Shown here piece after piece: positions 29,050-44,019 of a stretch of 64,000 nt of DNA (position 1 is its first letter; every line of letters begins with the position of its first letter). This stretch comes from Eledone cirrhosa (taxonomy: Eukaryota): positions 30,256,001 to 30,320,000 of the forward strand of contig OZ024745.1 in assembly GCA_964016885.1 (NCBI GenBank), read 5' to 3'. The translations under genes were made by a program, and so were the position numbers. The notes beneath the pieces are model-generated. The model did no database searches. It was not told the origin of the DNA and saw only the letters and a list, made by a program, of their open reading frames with translations.

Positions 29050-30160
29050 ATCCCCTCAGGGAAATGGCCTTGCTCAGTATGTAGGAAAGGTGTAGGTAGG
29101 AACTCCATTCTCTGCCCCAAATGCAAACAATGGGTACACAAGAGATGTAGCCGGATCTCAGGAAGCTTAATTAAGAATGTAGGATTCACATGCAGCAGCT
29201 GTGCTGAGACAGCAAGCAGCAAACAGCCACAGGAAACAAGTACCACCAATCTCTGGGAGGGCTCTGTAGAAACAGTAGACAGCTTCTGCTACCTAGGTGA
29301 CCGAATTAGCAGCGGAGGTGGGTGTTCAGAAAGTACAATAACTAGGGTAAGAACGGGATGGAAGAAGTTTATTGAACTACTACCACTGCTAGCTGCAAAA
29401 GGCTTCTCCCTCAAAATGAAAGGCAGACTGTATGATGCGTGTATCCAAACAGCGATGTTACATGGTAGTGAGACCTGGGCACTGAAGGTGGAAGACTTAG
29501 GTAGATTAGAGAGAAATGAAGCCTGCATGCTCCGATGGATGTGTAACAGTAATATACGCGAACGACAAAGCATAAATGAATTGAGAGAGAGACTGAGCAT
29601 AAGAGGAATCAAATGCTGTGTGCAGGAGAGGCGGTTGCACTGGTGTGGACATGTGATGCGGATGAAGGATGACAGCTGCATAAAAAGGTGCAGAGCACTA
29701 AAAGTCGATGGAAACCGCGGAGTGGGGAGACCCAAGATGACCTGGGATGAGGTGATAAAAGCCGACCTTACCCAATTACACTTCTCAAAGGCGATGACAC
29801 ACGACCGTGACCTCTGGCGTCACGCAGTAATACAGAGTACCCGACCTCCCATGGGTACAAGCTGAAGCATATAGACAATATTCCCCCACCGCAAGGTGGT
29901 CGTGGAGGCGCCACGGCAAAAAAGCACCCAGCCCACACTGTAAAGTGGACGTGTAGGCGCCACGAAAAAGCACCCAGCACTCACTGTAAATGAGGTTGGT
30001 GTTAGGAAGGGCATCCAGCTGTAGAAATCAAGCCAAATCAGTTCCTGTATGAGCAAGGCATTGTCAGCCGACCAGACACTGCCCACAACAGGACAACCCG
30101 TCTAACCCATGCTAGCGTAGAAGAACGGACATAAAACGGTGATGATGATGATGATGATGA
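29050..30160 (+). mobile_element. RTE 3' fragment with PHD-type finger, unit-2 specific
   Basis: GKWPCSVC..CPKC..H..C..CSSC; empty paralogous site at ~12645. Confidence 0.9.
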
Positions 30161-31276
30161 TAGGTTGCACTGCATATGAGACAACACAACATAGACAAAG
30201 AGGAGAACATAAATATATATGTATATATAAACCACAATTAAATATGTAATTGTCCCTCATTAGACAATAGTGATCTGTAGACAGTTACACACATCTGTAA
30301 ACAAACCTATATATCTACAACCACACATACACACTACAAGTTAAAAGGAAAAATATCATAACCTCAATGAAACTTCTACAAACCTTTTCCTTTCTTTCTT
30401 TCTTTCTTTCCCTTTTTTTCCCTTGAAACCCCGCAGAAACCAATTCTTTGTGGCAAATTTGCCCCCCCCCCCCCCACCACAAGGATTCCTTTCAATCATG
30501 TTTATACATATTTGTATTTTACTTCCCTTCTTTCTTTTCTTGCCTTTATCTACAAACCCTAAAAACATACATGATATAAACCTACATACATACACAGGTA
30601 CACACCTCAAGACAAAAGAAAAGCTGTTTATCCCCTCTTAGATATTTTTAGTTATTTTTACAAATCCTGAAAATAACCTTTTGACGCATTAAACCCCACC
30701 TAAATGCACACTCACACTCACACTCACACATTAGAGAACAAAGAATTACCATCTAGAGTCTAGACCATTTTTATGAATAGAAAAGGAATTTTCTATTTAA
30801 ACCAAGAGAATTTTCTATTGAATCAATTGGATCCTGATCTGTGGAACCCCACTTCCTTGATCACAACTCCACTTTCACAAAGAACATTTATATATGAAAT
30901 TTTGACAATAGATTCACATATGTTCCAACTGACACAAAATATGAGAACAAACCTTTTATTTATTATATGACAAAATTTACATTTCAAACAAAACCAGTAA
31001 TATTTGACAAAATTTAAATGTAAAAATTATAAAAATATTCATTTTGTCAGATTAAAATGTTAATGCTTGTGCCATGATTAAAAAGCATTTGGCTTTAAAA
31101 ACAATGCCAGAATGGAATGTATGAGCAAAAACAGTCATCTGATCTTCCTAACCAGCCTGAGAAGGTGACAACTAACACATTTAAGTATATAAAAATAGAC
31201 ATAAAATGATAATGATAATAATAAGGATATATATATATACACACACACACAAATATATAAATTATATTAAACATAC

Positions 31277-31327
31277 CATCTTCAGGTGTCAGTTTTACTT
31301 TTTCTCTTGAAGTAACAAGTTTTATTC
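31277..31327 (-). CDS. Microexon C2 (51 nt), GIKLVTSREKVKLTPED
   Basis: CCTTAG|...|GTATGT; paralog of C1. Confidence 0.8.
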
Positions 31328-32954
31328 CTAAGGATAAATCAACAAAATGGTTTAAATATCATTTGACACAACATATTAACATTGATTTTAGTCCTTCATT
31401 TTATTATGTATATTTATAGATCAGTGATTTGCCTTTCATCTTTACATGGTTGATAAAATAAAGATCCAGTGATGCACTGGGGTCAATTTGATCGACATTC
31501 TACTCCCCAAAATTTATTTGGTCTTGTGTCTAAATCTGAAACCATTATGTATGGACCCCTAACTCCTGATAGAGTCATAGAGACACTAAAATAAGTTGCG
31601 GAGTTTCTTGGGCATTTTGTTTAAATCTGGTGGAGCCCAACCCCTCTCCAGGTCTGAACAAATTTAATTTCTTCCAGAGAAAGGGAAGAGTGATAGAGAG
31701 GAAGTGAGAAAGCGGTATTGATAAAATAAACACTAGTATTAGAAAAATCCTTTTTTAATCAACTGCAAAATGATGCATGGCAGAGTAGACCCTGGTAGGA
31801 TTACCGACATAGTGGGTGGTTTTTTTTACATCCCCTTCCTCCTTTTGCACTCTTCACCCCTATAATATATAACATTTTACTGGAAACATTATTTAGGGTA
31901 CAAAAGACTTAGTCAAGGGTTGTGGCTACTACTGACTCAGGTATGGGGGATGACTACATATATTTGTGTGACAAATAAACAACAGAATATAAAACATGTA
32001 AGAGCTTGACATACATGTAAATCCCCACAGAATCACCAAACAGTTTGGTGGCCGTCCTACCCTTAAAACCCAGGAAAATAAAAAGACAGCCCTGCAGCTT
32101 TCTTCCCATCAAGCAGGAGACCCAAGATTTGCCACATTGAATGTTGGAATAATGAGGTAAGTGTAGAGGGATTGTGGAAATGTTAGAGAGGAGAAAAGTA
32201 GATTTGTGCTGTGTGCAAGAAGTGGAGGGGAAGTTCAACCAGATTCATCAAAGGCAAGGAACACAGGTTCAAATTCTTCTGGATGGGTGGCAAAAGTAGG
32301 GTGGGCGAGCTGGAATACTCCTTGCTTAGAGATGGGTAGACTAGGTAATTGAGGTAGTTTGGGTGAGTGATAGAATAATTAAACTTAGACTAGCCCTGGG
32401 CAATACTACAGCCCCTATACTATCTACAGAAGCTCTACAAGCTGGACATGCTGATGAACAAAATGATCATTTCTATGAGGACCTCCTACAGACTACCTCA
32501 ATGACAGAGGACTGTGATCTTCTGATTGTAGCTGGAAACTTTAATTGACATGTTGGGAAACATCAGGTTGTATTTCTTGTCATACACAGAGGCTATGGAT
32601 ATGGCACAAGAAAAGATGAATGAACTAGGCCTCTAGAGTTCTGTAATGTCTTCACTTAATGATCTGTAACACAAACTTCAAGAAACCAACCAATCACCTG
32701 ATTACCTACCAATCAGGGGGACATACAAGTCAAATAGACTTCATCCTCACCAGGAGACAAGACAAGAGGTCTTCGAAGGGGGTGCAGTGCGGCTGCCAGG
32801 AATGTGTGTGTGTGTAGGGTGTGTGTGAAGTAGTGAAGTTGAGAATAACTGTTACAGAGAGCTAGTGGCAGGGGGAGGGGTACATTGAAAGTTAAAGTCT
32901 CTCTTACTCTCTCTATATATACATACACAAATACATAAATTATGTTAAACATAC

Positions 32955-33005
32955 CTTCTTCACGTGTCAGCACTCCTTTCCTTTCAAAACCAGCAATTAG
33001 TTTTT
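32955..33005 (-). CDS. Microexon D2 (51 nt), EKLIAGFERKGVLTREE
   Basis: CTTTAG|...|GTATGT; paralog of D1. Confidence 0.8.
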
Positions 33006-34105
33006 CTAAAGTTAAAACAACAAAATGGATTAAATATCATTTGAAACAACTGGTTACATTGATTTCCCCAATTAACTTTATTATGTAAAAAAGATCTTTA
33101 AATACATATTTAAACCTGTGTTTCTCAATTTCTATTTCCTGCCAATATTCTATGATTTGTGTAGAAGTTTACCCAATTTTGGTGTAGTGTTTCTTGGATA
33201 TCATTTCCTGCCCACCCTACTATCATACCTTACAGTACCAGCTTGGTGGATGGGTTTTCTACACCCATTCCTCCCTGTGTACTCTCCACCACTATAGTAT
33301 ATGAAATTTTACTGGAAACATTATTTAGGGTACAAAAGACTTAGCGAAGGGTTGTGGCTACTACTGACACAGGTATGGGGGATGACTACATACATTTGTG
33401 TGACAAATAAATAACAGAATATAAAACATGTAATAGCTTGACATACATGTAAATCCCCAGAGACATCTTTGACAACTGTATCATGGAATGTATGAACACT
33501 ATTGGATTTACCAAGTTCAAATCATATATGCACCAACTCAGTAAGTCCCCAAGAAGAAATAGAGAAATTTTATGTGGATCTGTGAATAGTTTTGAAAAAT
33601 GTAAATATGGAAGATGAACCTGTAGTAATGGGTGATATGAATGCTTATATTACATGTGACTTGACTACATGGAGCAGCATAGGTCCTCATGGAATGGAAA
33701 AATGTAATAGCAGGGGATTTCTTCTGCAGGTGTACCAAGAATTCGATCCTGTCATGGGAAACATGGGAACATCTGGCAACACTGATAATATGTTAAGAGG
33801 GATTTGAAGTGGTGTGCAAGAGAGAAGATTGCATTGGTATGGACATGGGATGTGTATGGATGATGATTGCTGGGTGATGAAGTGCCAGGAAATCCCAGGG
33901 CAGGGGAGCCACAGTAGAGGTAGACATAGGAAGACCTGGACATGGGCAGAGGTGGTGAGGACTCATCTCAAATCGCTGAGACTCACAGAGGTGATGAGAA
34001 AGTAATACAGCAAGTGGAGAGATGCTATGCTGATAAAGAATTGTCCAACCCATGCAAGCTTGGAAAAATGGACATGATGGTGATGATTAATTTTATTAAA
34101 CATAC

Positions 34106-34156
34106 CTTCTTCAGTTGGCAGTAATCTTCCTACTTTTGCAGCAGCAAATAGTACTT
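34106..34156 (-). CDS. Microexon E2 (51 nt), EVLFAAAKVGRLLPTEE
   Basis: AATTAG|...|GTATGT; paralog of E1. Confidence 0.8.
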
Positions 34157-35848
34157 CTAATTAAAAAAGATAATAATGTCTTATATATCATTTGAAACAA
34201 CATATTACGTTGAGTTTCCCCCTTGTTTTATTATATTATTGAGCTCAGAGTACAGAGAACTGGAATGAATACTGCAAAGCATTCTATTCAAAATTCTAAA
34301 ATCTCTGCCAATTTGACACCTATATAGGTATGTATATATATATATATTGATACATATGATAAAGTTATGTATATATATATATTGATACATATGATAAAGT
34401 TATGTATATATATATATTTATAGATATATATGATAAAGTTATATCTGTATAAATACTGTATTATACACCACCATGTATAAATATATACACATATCTGATA
34501 TGTAGGCATGTAAACATGCCAGAAAATACAAATATCCAGATCCAATTGGACCCTCATCAAACGGTGTGTTTACCATCCAATCAACAAGAAAACATGCATT
34601 TGATGGGTGTATATACTCACTTGCTGTTAGTATTATTCAGAAATGGATGTTCTAATTTGCATATAATTAGCATTCATGCTGGTAATATATATATTAGGAA
34701 ATGTGCTAGCAGCAGAAGTGTACAATAAAGTTATATCTGTATAAATACAGTATGTAACTGAGACTGCATCAATATAATAACTCCTCCCCCCTCTCATTTT
34801 TATTTTTATTTTTATTTGCAGCTTTTATTTTTATTCTGTCTTTATTCAAATCTCCGAACTCTATTATTGTTGATGAAGGCAAATGCCCAACACGTTGACT
34901 GTTTCACTCTCTTTTAAGCATGAAACTAATAAGACATAGTTAATGCATCCTTTTGTTTGTTTTTGTATTCTTGATACATATATATAGTTAATTAATCAAA
35001 TTAATTTCAGAATGAGTTGTTAAATGTTTTGAGGACCTTCTAAGATGTCTTCATATGTCTTCCCTTTAATAACTATCAACCATGCGCACATGAAATCGGT
35101 TTCGGCATTCAAAGGTTGTCAATGTTAGCAGTCGCTACTAAAGCTTGGGATTGGTGTGATATGGCAGGGTCTGTGCACATCTGTAAGTGTTATTGTTAAC
35201 CTTGGCAACCTTTGAATGACTGCGCCAATATTGCATGTTTTTGCATTCTTGATACATATATATAGTTAATTAATCAAATTAATTTCAGATTGGGTTGTTA
35301 AATGTTTTGAGGCCTTTCTAAGCTGTTTCTAGCTTTATATGTCTTCTCATTAATAACTATCAAGCACACGCAAAGAAAATTAGCAGTTGCTACTAAATTA
35401 GCAGTTGCTACTAAAGCTTGGGATTGGTGTGATATGGCAGGGTCTGTGCACATTTGTAAGTATTATTGAATGACTGCGCCAATATTGCATGTGAGCACCT
35501 GATATGGAATTATTTGTTTGCTTATTTCAGTCATTCTGACACTAGCAATACATGACCACATAAACTCTCTCCAATGTTCCTTCCATCTCCCCAAATGATG
35601 GATGAGAAAGGGGCTAATAAGGTAACTTCATCGCTGGTTTTCATTTCATTTTACATTTCTTTTTCTTATTTTATCACCTCCTCTCATATTTCAATTCTTC
35701 CTACTGCCACCTGATTTGGTAACATGGAGATTTACCCATCTGCATTGTAGAGGCTTCCAAATACGATCATTTTTACTATTCCACAATGCTTGAAACAAAC
35801 TTAAACACTTATATATGTATATATATATATAAATTATTTTAAACGTAC

Positions 35849-35899
35849 CTTCTTCAGCTGACAGCATTCCTTTTTCTGTTGCAGCCATAATTAGAATTT
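35849..35899 (-). CDS. Microexon F2 (51 nt), EILIMAATEKGMLSAEE
   Basis: CATTAG|...|GTACGT; paralog of F1. Confidence 0.8.
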
Positions 35900-36292
35900 C
35901 TAATGTTTGAAAAAAATTAACGTAATGGCTTAAATGTCATTTGAAACTGCATATGATATTGAATTTTTCCCTTATTTTATTATATATATATATGTATGGA
36001 TATATATATATATGGACTCATAATAATGTCACAGTGACCTAAAGCATTTCTTAAGCATTTTGTTTACACCTGACAGAGCCCACCTTCTCTTCAGAATGAA
36101 ATAAAGCCAATTTCTTCCATAGTAAGAAAGGCCAGTGATAGAGAGGAAGTAAGAAAGAGACATAGAGAGAATAGACACCAGTACTAAACTAATAGTAACT
36201 ATAACTTTTGATTTGTATGGAACATTATCACGGTTTTTTTTCACTGCAGGATATATATAAATATATATATATATAAATATATATATATAAAT

Positions 36293-36324
<32 letters not shown>

Positions 36325-37077
36325 CCAGTCTGCACTGTAAAATGGTTCTATAGGTGTCACGTCAAAAAGCACCCAGTCCACACCGTAAAGTTGTCATGTA
36401 GGTGTCATGAGAAAAAGCACCCAGTATACTCTGTAAATGTGGTTGGCCTTAGGAAGGGCATCCAGCCATAGAAATCAATACAAAATTAGTTCTATGTCAT
36501 CTAAACATGGTCCTCCAACCTGGATTTCTCACAATGGGTCAGCATGTCCCACCCTTTCTAGCATGACAATGGATGTTAAACGATGATGATGATATTAATT
36601 ATGATAATGATGATATAAACTATTATAAATAGTTTATCAACTCAGTAGTTTGCTAATATTTATAATAATATTTGGATCTGTACATAACATAAACCTCTTG
36701 GTTTCCTTTGTCTATTCTATGGAAAGTCATGACACTAAATATGTGTGTGTGTGTGTGTATGTGTGTCTGTGTGTGTATGTGAATATTGGTAGAGCTGGTG
36801 CTATCCATTTCTCAGTGTAAGGAGATAGAAATGGTGACATAACAAAAAACACCCAGCTGATTCTGTAAGATGGTACTGCCAGAGTCATGATAAAATTCTC
36901 CCTGTACATGCCATAAACTGGATGACATTAAGAACGGCATTCAGCCATTTAAACCATGACAGAATGGACTGTATGAGAGTCATCTGACCTTTCTAACCAT
37001 CTTGAGAAGGTGACAACAGGTTTAACCCATGTAAGTATAGAACAATAGACATAAAATTATAACAATAATAATGATGA

Positions 37078-37114
<37 letters not shown>

Positions 37115-37264
37115 TGCATGTCTACATGTTAACACATATCTGAGGAGCTTCCAATTCCAGAGTGATGTTCTATCATTAATCGATTTTTCTTCGAGCTGAT
37201 CGACAATGAAACATATGTAATATGTAATTAAATATATGTATGATGCACCACTGATTCTTTGTTC

Positions 37265-37309
<45 letters not shown>

Positions 37310-38095
37310 TTCAGGGAGCAAGAAGTTCAGGGAACTACTGCCAATGCTAGCTGCAAAAGCCTTTTCCCTCAAAATGAAAGGCAGACTGTATGATGTGTGT
37401 ATACAAACAGCAGTGTTACATGGTAGTGAGGCCTGGGTGCTGTCTGTAGAAGACTTGTGTAGATTAGGAAAGAAATGAAGCTTGCATGCTCCGATGGATG
37501 TGTAATAGTAATATAAGTTAATGGCAAAGCATAAACGAATTGAGAGAGAGACTGAGCCTAAGAGGAATCAAATGCTGTGTGCAGGAGAGGAGGTTGAGTT
37601 GGTATGGACATGTGATGTGTATGAAGGATGACAGCTGCTTAAAAAGGTGCAGAGCACTAGAAGTCAATGGAAGCCGCAGAGTGGGGAGATGCAAGAAGAC
37701 CTGGGATGAGGTGATAAAAGCCGACTTTACCCAGTTGCACCTCTCAAGGGCAATGGCACACGACTGTGACCTCTGGTGTCACTCAGTAATATGGAAGACC
37801 CGACTTCCCAGGTGTACAAGCCGGAGCTGAAGCATATAGACAACATGACCCCACCCTCTCCCACTGCAAAGTGGTCGTGGAAGTGCCACGGCAAAAAAGC
37901 ACCCAGCCCACACTGTAAAGTGGACGTGTAGGTGCCATAGTAAAAAAACACCCAGCACTCACTCTAAATGAGGTTGGTGTAAGGAAGGGCATCCTGCTGT
38001 AGAAGTGAAGCCAGAATCAGTTCCCGTATGAGCAAGACATCTAACCCATGCTAGCGTGGAAGAACAGACGTAAAACGATGATGATGATGATGATG

Positions 38096-38162
<67 letters not shown>

Positions 38163-38182
38163 TTAAATTATATCAAACATAC

Positions 38183-38230
38183 CTTCTTCTGGTGTTATCA
38201 CTCCTGTTTTTATAGCATCAAGTAGTACAT
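38183..38230 (-). CDS. Microexon G2 (48 nt), DVLLDAIKTGVITPEE
   Basis: CAACAG|...|GTATGT; paralog of G1. Confidence 0.8.
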
Positions 38231-38312
38231 CTGTTGATAAAAAAAATTAACATAATGGCTTACATATCATTTGAAACTGCATATTACATTGATGTTCACC
38301 CTCTCATTTTAT

Positions 38313-38352
<40 letters not shown>

Positions 38353-39880
38353 CATGGACACATACGTCCTCGTAGAATCATAGGGGTACTGTAGTGATAT
38401 ATTGTATTTCTTGGGTATTTCGTTTAAACTTGGTAGAGCCCAAATGTGTAAAGTTGTGTACATGTCTTACTACCAGCACCAACACAGCTTTAGAAACCAG
38501 GCCCGGAGAAATGCTACAACACCAAACTTACAAGACCTACCATAATGACTCAGGTGTGTAAGACTATTTCCCAACATTTATTACACACATCCACACAGGC
38601 ACGTGTATCCCTGTAGGTGTACACAGTTCATGTGCACACACAACCATGACTCTACCATAAAACCCACCAACAGTTTCCACAAAATCACACTGAGAATCAG
38701 TATCCAGATAGACACCCAACACATGTGCACACACTTCCACACATGCACACTAGGACACATAGCACACATCTTTACAAAACATTATAGAAACATGCTTATT
38801 TTTGAAGACAGATACACAAACATTTAGATATCAACCAAAGCCAATCAGCACCCCCAACACCAACACTATACATACACCCAGAAATAGGCTGGTATAATGA
38901 CACCTATCTAACTGCTATACAACAACAACACTTACTCAGGCACTCCATTACAGAAAAACAACAACCATACATATGCGAACCAGGCCACATACACATGCAT
39001 GCACTGAAATCATAAACTAACAAAAGTGCACAACAAATACAAAATTTCAATACTACAATCTCTCTCTCACACACGCACACATACCCTTACATGCTCATTG
39101 GCAGACACAGGCACACCCACATATACACATGCACATACATACCTATGCACTCACAACATTTCATAACACACACATGTCAACTCTTGTCTTACACACCCCC
39201 TCAAGTACACATAACACTGAAATCCTTACCAAAATAACAACACTCACCCACACACATGCTCACATACATACACACTCAATTTTATACTGAATTTACTTAT
39301 ATTTAGAATAATTTACACATAAGTAACACTGCAGAACATATCAATTACAACAACATGCACTTACATGCAAACACATGCATATGCAACCTTATATACAAAC
39401 CTAATGTAGCTTTAGAACAATACACGTATACATGCAAATACAAACATATGCCGGTAAAACAAAAGCACAAATATATTTCAGCACAACACTCACCCCCACA
39501 CCCCACAACAAATACAACAAACACAGTGACAACAACCCTACATCTCCAAGACAACAACAATCACAATACTGACAAGACAGTTAGTAAATATTTAATAAAA
39601 CAAAAAAATAAATAGGAAGGTCAGTGGTTTTGTTGACATGGGTGGGGGCATACAAAATAAGTAACTGGGTACATGTGTGTGTAGTGTCTGCGTGTAGTCC
39701 TACAATAATGACCTTCAAAGACCCAATATCCCCTTCTTAACCACTTATCTACTTACTCCACATGACAATCACTTCAGGCCACACCCCTGATGAGAGACTT
39801 GTTCACAGCAGGGAGATATATCTCCAGTTTGGAATTTGCTGCTGAAACACCAAGGCCTCAGCCATTGGGCCCCAACTTGC

Positions 39881-39918
<38 letters not shown>

Positions 39919-39953
39919 GCACACATACAGATATATAAATGTATTAAACATAC

Positions 39954-39998
39954 CTTTTTTAGTTTCCAGCACTTTAGTTTTTGCAGCAGCAAGTATTT
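39954..39998 (-). CDS. Microexon H2 (45 nt), EILAAAKTKVLETKK
   Basis: CATCAG|...|GTATGT; paralog of H1. Confidence 0.8.
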
Positions 39999-41889
39999 CT
40001 GATGTTAAAAAAATTAACAAAATGGCTTAAATATCATTTGAAACAGCATATTGACTTTTTCCCCTCATTTCATTATATTATATATATATATGGACCCCAA
40101 TCCCATCACTCCTCCAGAGTTATGAAAGAGATTGATAAAGAGGAAGTGAGGAAGAGATATGGAGGAAAAATCAACCCCAGTTCTAGACGAATATTTTTTT
40201 TATCAACCTCAAAATAACAAATGGCCAAGTCGAACTTGGTGTGATTTGAATTCAGAGCACAAAGAACCAAAACAAATCCTGCAAAGCAGTCTATCCGCCT
40301 TCTAACAACTTCTAAGTTGTTGCATAAATTGTTTATATATACTAAAAAAAAGAAAGAATCTTTAAATACACTTTTCCATATCTATTTTTATCTATTATCT
40401 ATGACATTTTAGACATAATTTTACGTCTGCTTTTTCTCTGCTTGCAACTGCCAGAGTCATTATAAAATGCTCCCTGTACAAGCCATAAATTGGATGACAT
40501 TAGGAAGGGCATTCAACCACAGAGACCATGCTAGAATGGAATGTATGAGCAGAAGACAATCATCTGACCTTCCTACCCAGCCACAGAATGTGACAACAGG
40601 TCTGACACATACAAGCATGGAAAATAGACATAAAATGGTAATATAATAATGATGAGGATATATATATATATATATTTAGGTTTATTGGTTCACCACTGGA
40701 TAGAACTGGTTATTCCATATGGTCAACCTCAATGTAATATTATGGAGAGCACTTGACATAATGTAACTCACCCGTCTTCGGCTGAAAAGCAGAGACATGA
40801 GGGCAGCCGAACATTTAGCAGCTTCTAGCCCGGTCAACCGCCCTCAAGTGATGATTATTAAGTCTTCTTATGTCCTTGTGATGAAGGGGCATAGGCTTAT
40901 AGTGTACTACTACTACCCTGTCATAGAGAGAGGCCAGCGGTGAGATCAGGTTACATTCAAGCTGGTCAGGAGTGCTAGATAGTGTCGCGAAAATTATTTT
41001 TTTCAAAAAGATATTTCCTTAACAAAGCTATATATAGGGCGTCAGCACAGCATATTGTATGGTCAGAAATTACGATTAACAATTAGAAACATTAAATTTA
41101 TGTTTAGAGTTAGAAGATGCCATTTAAGATGAAATTAGAAAAGAAAGATGTAGGTTTAAAGTTAGGAGATTTATTTAGAGAATTTACAGAAGGAAGCTTT
41201 TATGAAAAAGTATAAGTGTATTATCGATAGTCACGCTAAAGTTTCAGGGTGGAGTATAGAGTAAAGATGAAGCCCATGTTTAGCGGACATTAACCAGCGA
41301 CGTTGCAAACTTCCGTCCAGCCCGGGGCCCAATTGCGTGTCAACCGTTCCGAGTATTTTCGTCTAGCGAAAGAAATGGAAATTTATTTTTCCGAGCACTC
41401 CAGGAATGTTAACTGTTTTAAGCGTCAGGTGTGCTAGCGGGAAGTCCGCCACCATCAGCTGGCTATAGTATATACCTAGCGATTACTAGTTATTCACACT
41501 GTTGGAGGATTTAGTTGAGTGCTAGTAGAAGGAGGCATGATAAAGTTAAAAGTTATGATTAAGCCTAGAATTTAAAGGTACCGTTTGGCGGTCAATAATC
41601 GGTTGCACGGCGGATTCCAAGTCTGACAGGGCCCCAGGGCGAAACAACCGTTCCGAGTATTTTTGTTTACCGAAAGAAGGGGAAATTTAATTTTTCCAAG
41701 CACTCTAGGAAGGTTGATCAACCCGAGCGCCTAACATGCAGTCGGGAAAGCCGCAACATCCATCGGATCATCGCATGTGCCAAACGATTATTAGTTATTC
41801 ATAACCATGATGTGAGCTTTAAAAGTGGTAAAATCTGATGAAATGTGTCAATAGACTATAATTAGTCCCCAGTTAGTCCAGGTTATCGC

Positions 41890-42762
41890 TTTGCACTTAG
41901 GCAAGGCGGGTATTCTGTATTACTGCGTAGCGCCAAAGATCTTGGTCCAGTGACATTGTCTTGGAGAGGTGTAAGTGTGTGAGGTCGGAATTTATCAAAT
42001 TGTCCCAGCTTTTTCTGGGTCTGCCTACTCCATAACTTCCATCAATTTTGATCGCCCTGCACTTTTTTATACAGCTGTCGTCTTTCATGCACATCACGTG
42101 ACCACACCAACGTAGTCTTCTCTCGAGTAAACAACATCTGATCCCTCTTATTCCTAATTTCTCACTTAGTTCATTTATGCTTTTCCGTTCACGTATATTA
42201 CTATTACACATCCAACGGAGCATGCAAGATTTGTTCCTCTGCACACAATGCCCATGTCTCACTGCCATGTAACATTGCTGTTCGTATGCAGGCATCATAC
42301 AGTCTGCCTTTCATTTTTAAAGAGAAACTTTTAGCGGCCAATAGTGGTATAAGCTCTCTTAACTTTTTCCATCCCATTCTGACTCTACCTACTGTACTTT
42401 CAGAGCACCCTCCACCACTGCTGATTTTGTCACCCAGGAAGGTATCTACTATTTCTATAGAGCCATCTGGGCAATAGAAGGAGCTAGTATCCTGTGGGCA
42501 CTTACTACTTATTGCACATGAGCACCGCCCACATATAAAGTCTATGTTCTTAGTTAGTTTACCTGTGATCCCATTACATCTTTTATGCACCCATACTTTG
42601 GATTTGGGACATAAAATGGAGTTTCTGCTTACTCCTTTACTACACACTGAGCATGGCCATTTCCCAGAGGGGACTAGTCCCCTATTTTCCTTCCTACATA
42701 CTAGAACTTTAGTCTTAGACAAGTTAACTTTAAGGCCTTTTGATTCTAGGCAATGCTTTCAC
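41890..42762 (-). mobile_element. RTE RT fragment with PHD-type finger, frameshifted
   Basis: ORFs 42204-42722 and 41897-42298. Confidence 0.85.
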
Positions 42763-43042
42763 ATATATACATATATATATAGCAAGACGTGGTAGAGGTA
42801 GACCACGAAAAACATGGGTGGAGGTGGTGAGAACAGACCTCAGATCGCTGAAGCTCATGGAGGAGATGACGAAGGACCGTGACAAGTAGAGAGTTGCTGT
42901 GCTGAATAAGACCCGTCCCACTCTTGCAAGCAGGGAAAAGCGGACGTAAAAAAAAAAAAAAATGATGATGATACACATATATATATATATGTGTGTATCA
43001 TCATCATTTTTTTTTATATATATATACACACACACACACACG

Positions 43043-43084
<42 letters not shown>

Positions 43085-43089
<5 letters not shown>

Positions 43090-43391
43090 AGAAAAAAAGA
43101 TGAAATCGAAAATGTAACTGGAGTCTTATTTTTTTTTTAAATATATATATTTATTTGGTTCCTTTACCGGTTTCGCAGTTCTTCTGCTTTTCAAAAGTAG
43201 AGTTGAGATGGAGGGTCTGTTGTTTTTCTCACATCTCAGATGTAAAGGTAAAGGAACCAAATAAATATATATATTTAAAAAAAAATAAGACTCCAGTTGC
43301 ATTTTCGATTTCATCTTTTTTTCTTTATACTTTCACTCGTGTAGGACACCTCGGTTATTTTTCATTTTGTTAAAAAAAACCTCACTTTCTA

Positions 43392-43395
<4 letters not shown>
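43085..43395. mobile_element. Internally deleted foldback/MITE copy
   Basis: Inverted arms related to 46978-48335. Confidence 0.65.
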
Positions 43396-43425
<30 letters not shown>

Positions 43426-44019
43426 ATAGCTAAATATATATATATAAATAGCTAAACTATTTTTTAAAGCTCTAGATAAATGTTTTCCCAAAACCCATAG
43501 ATACCATTCAATCTTTAACAGACATACAATAAAACTATCTTACTCTACTACTATGAACTTAGCACAAAATATAAATAGAATCAATAATAGCACTAATACC
43601 TCTAGCAATATCCAACTTAATAATACTGTTCCGAATAACATCAACTCTGCTAAATGTAATTGTAGAATTAAACCAAACTGTCCTTTAAAAAATAAATGCT
43701 TAGATAAAAATGTTGTCTATAAATGCTCTGTCAAAACTAATGATCATATATTCGACTATATAGGTTCTACTTCTACAGACTTCAAATCCCGTTTCAATAA
43801 TCACAAATGTTCGTTTAATAATATTGGTAAAAAAATCTTCAACTTCTCTATCAGATTTGATATAGAACTTAAAATCTAAAAATACAGACTATTCTTTAAC
43901 TTGGGATGTAATTTCAAAAGCACCTGCCTACAAAAACACAACTTTATCTAGATTTTGCAAAATGTGTGTTGAAGAAATTTTCTTCATACTTAAATGTAAG
44001 AACTCTATTAATATACGTA

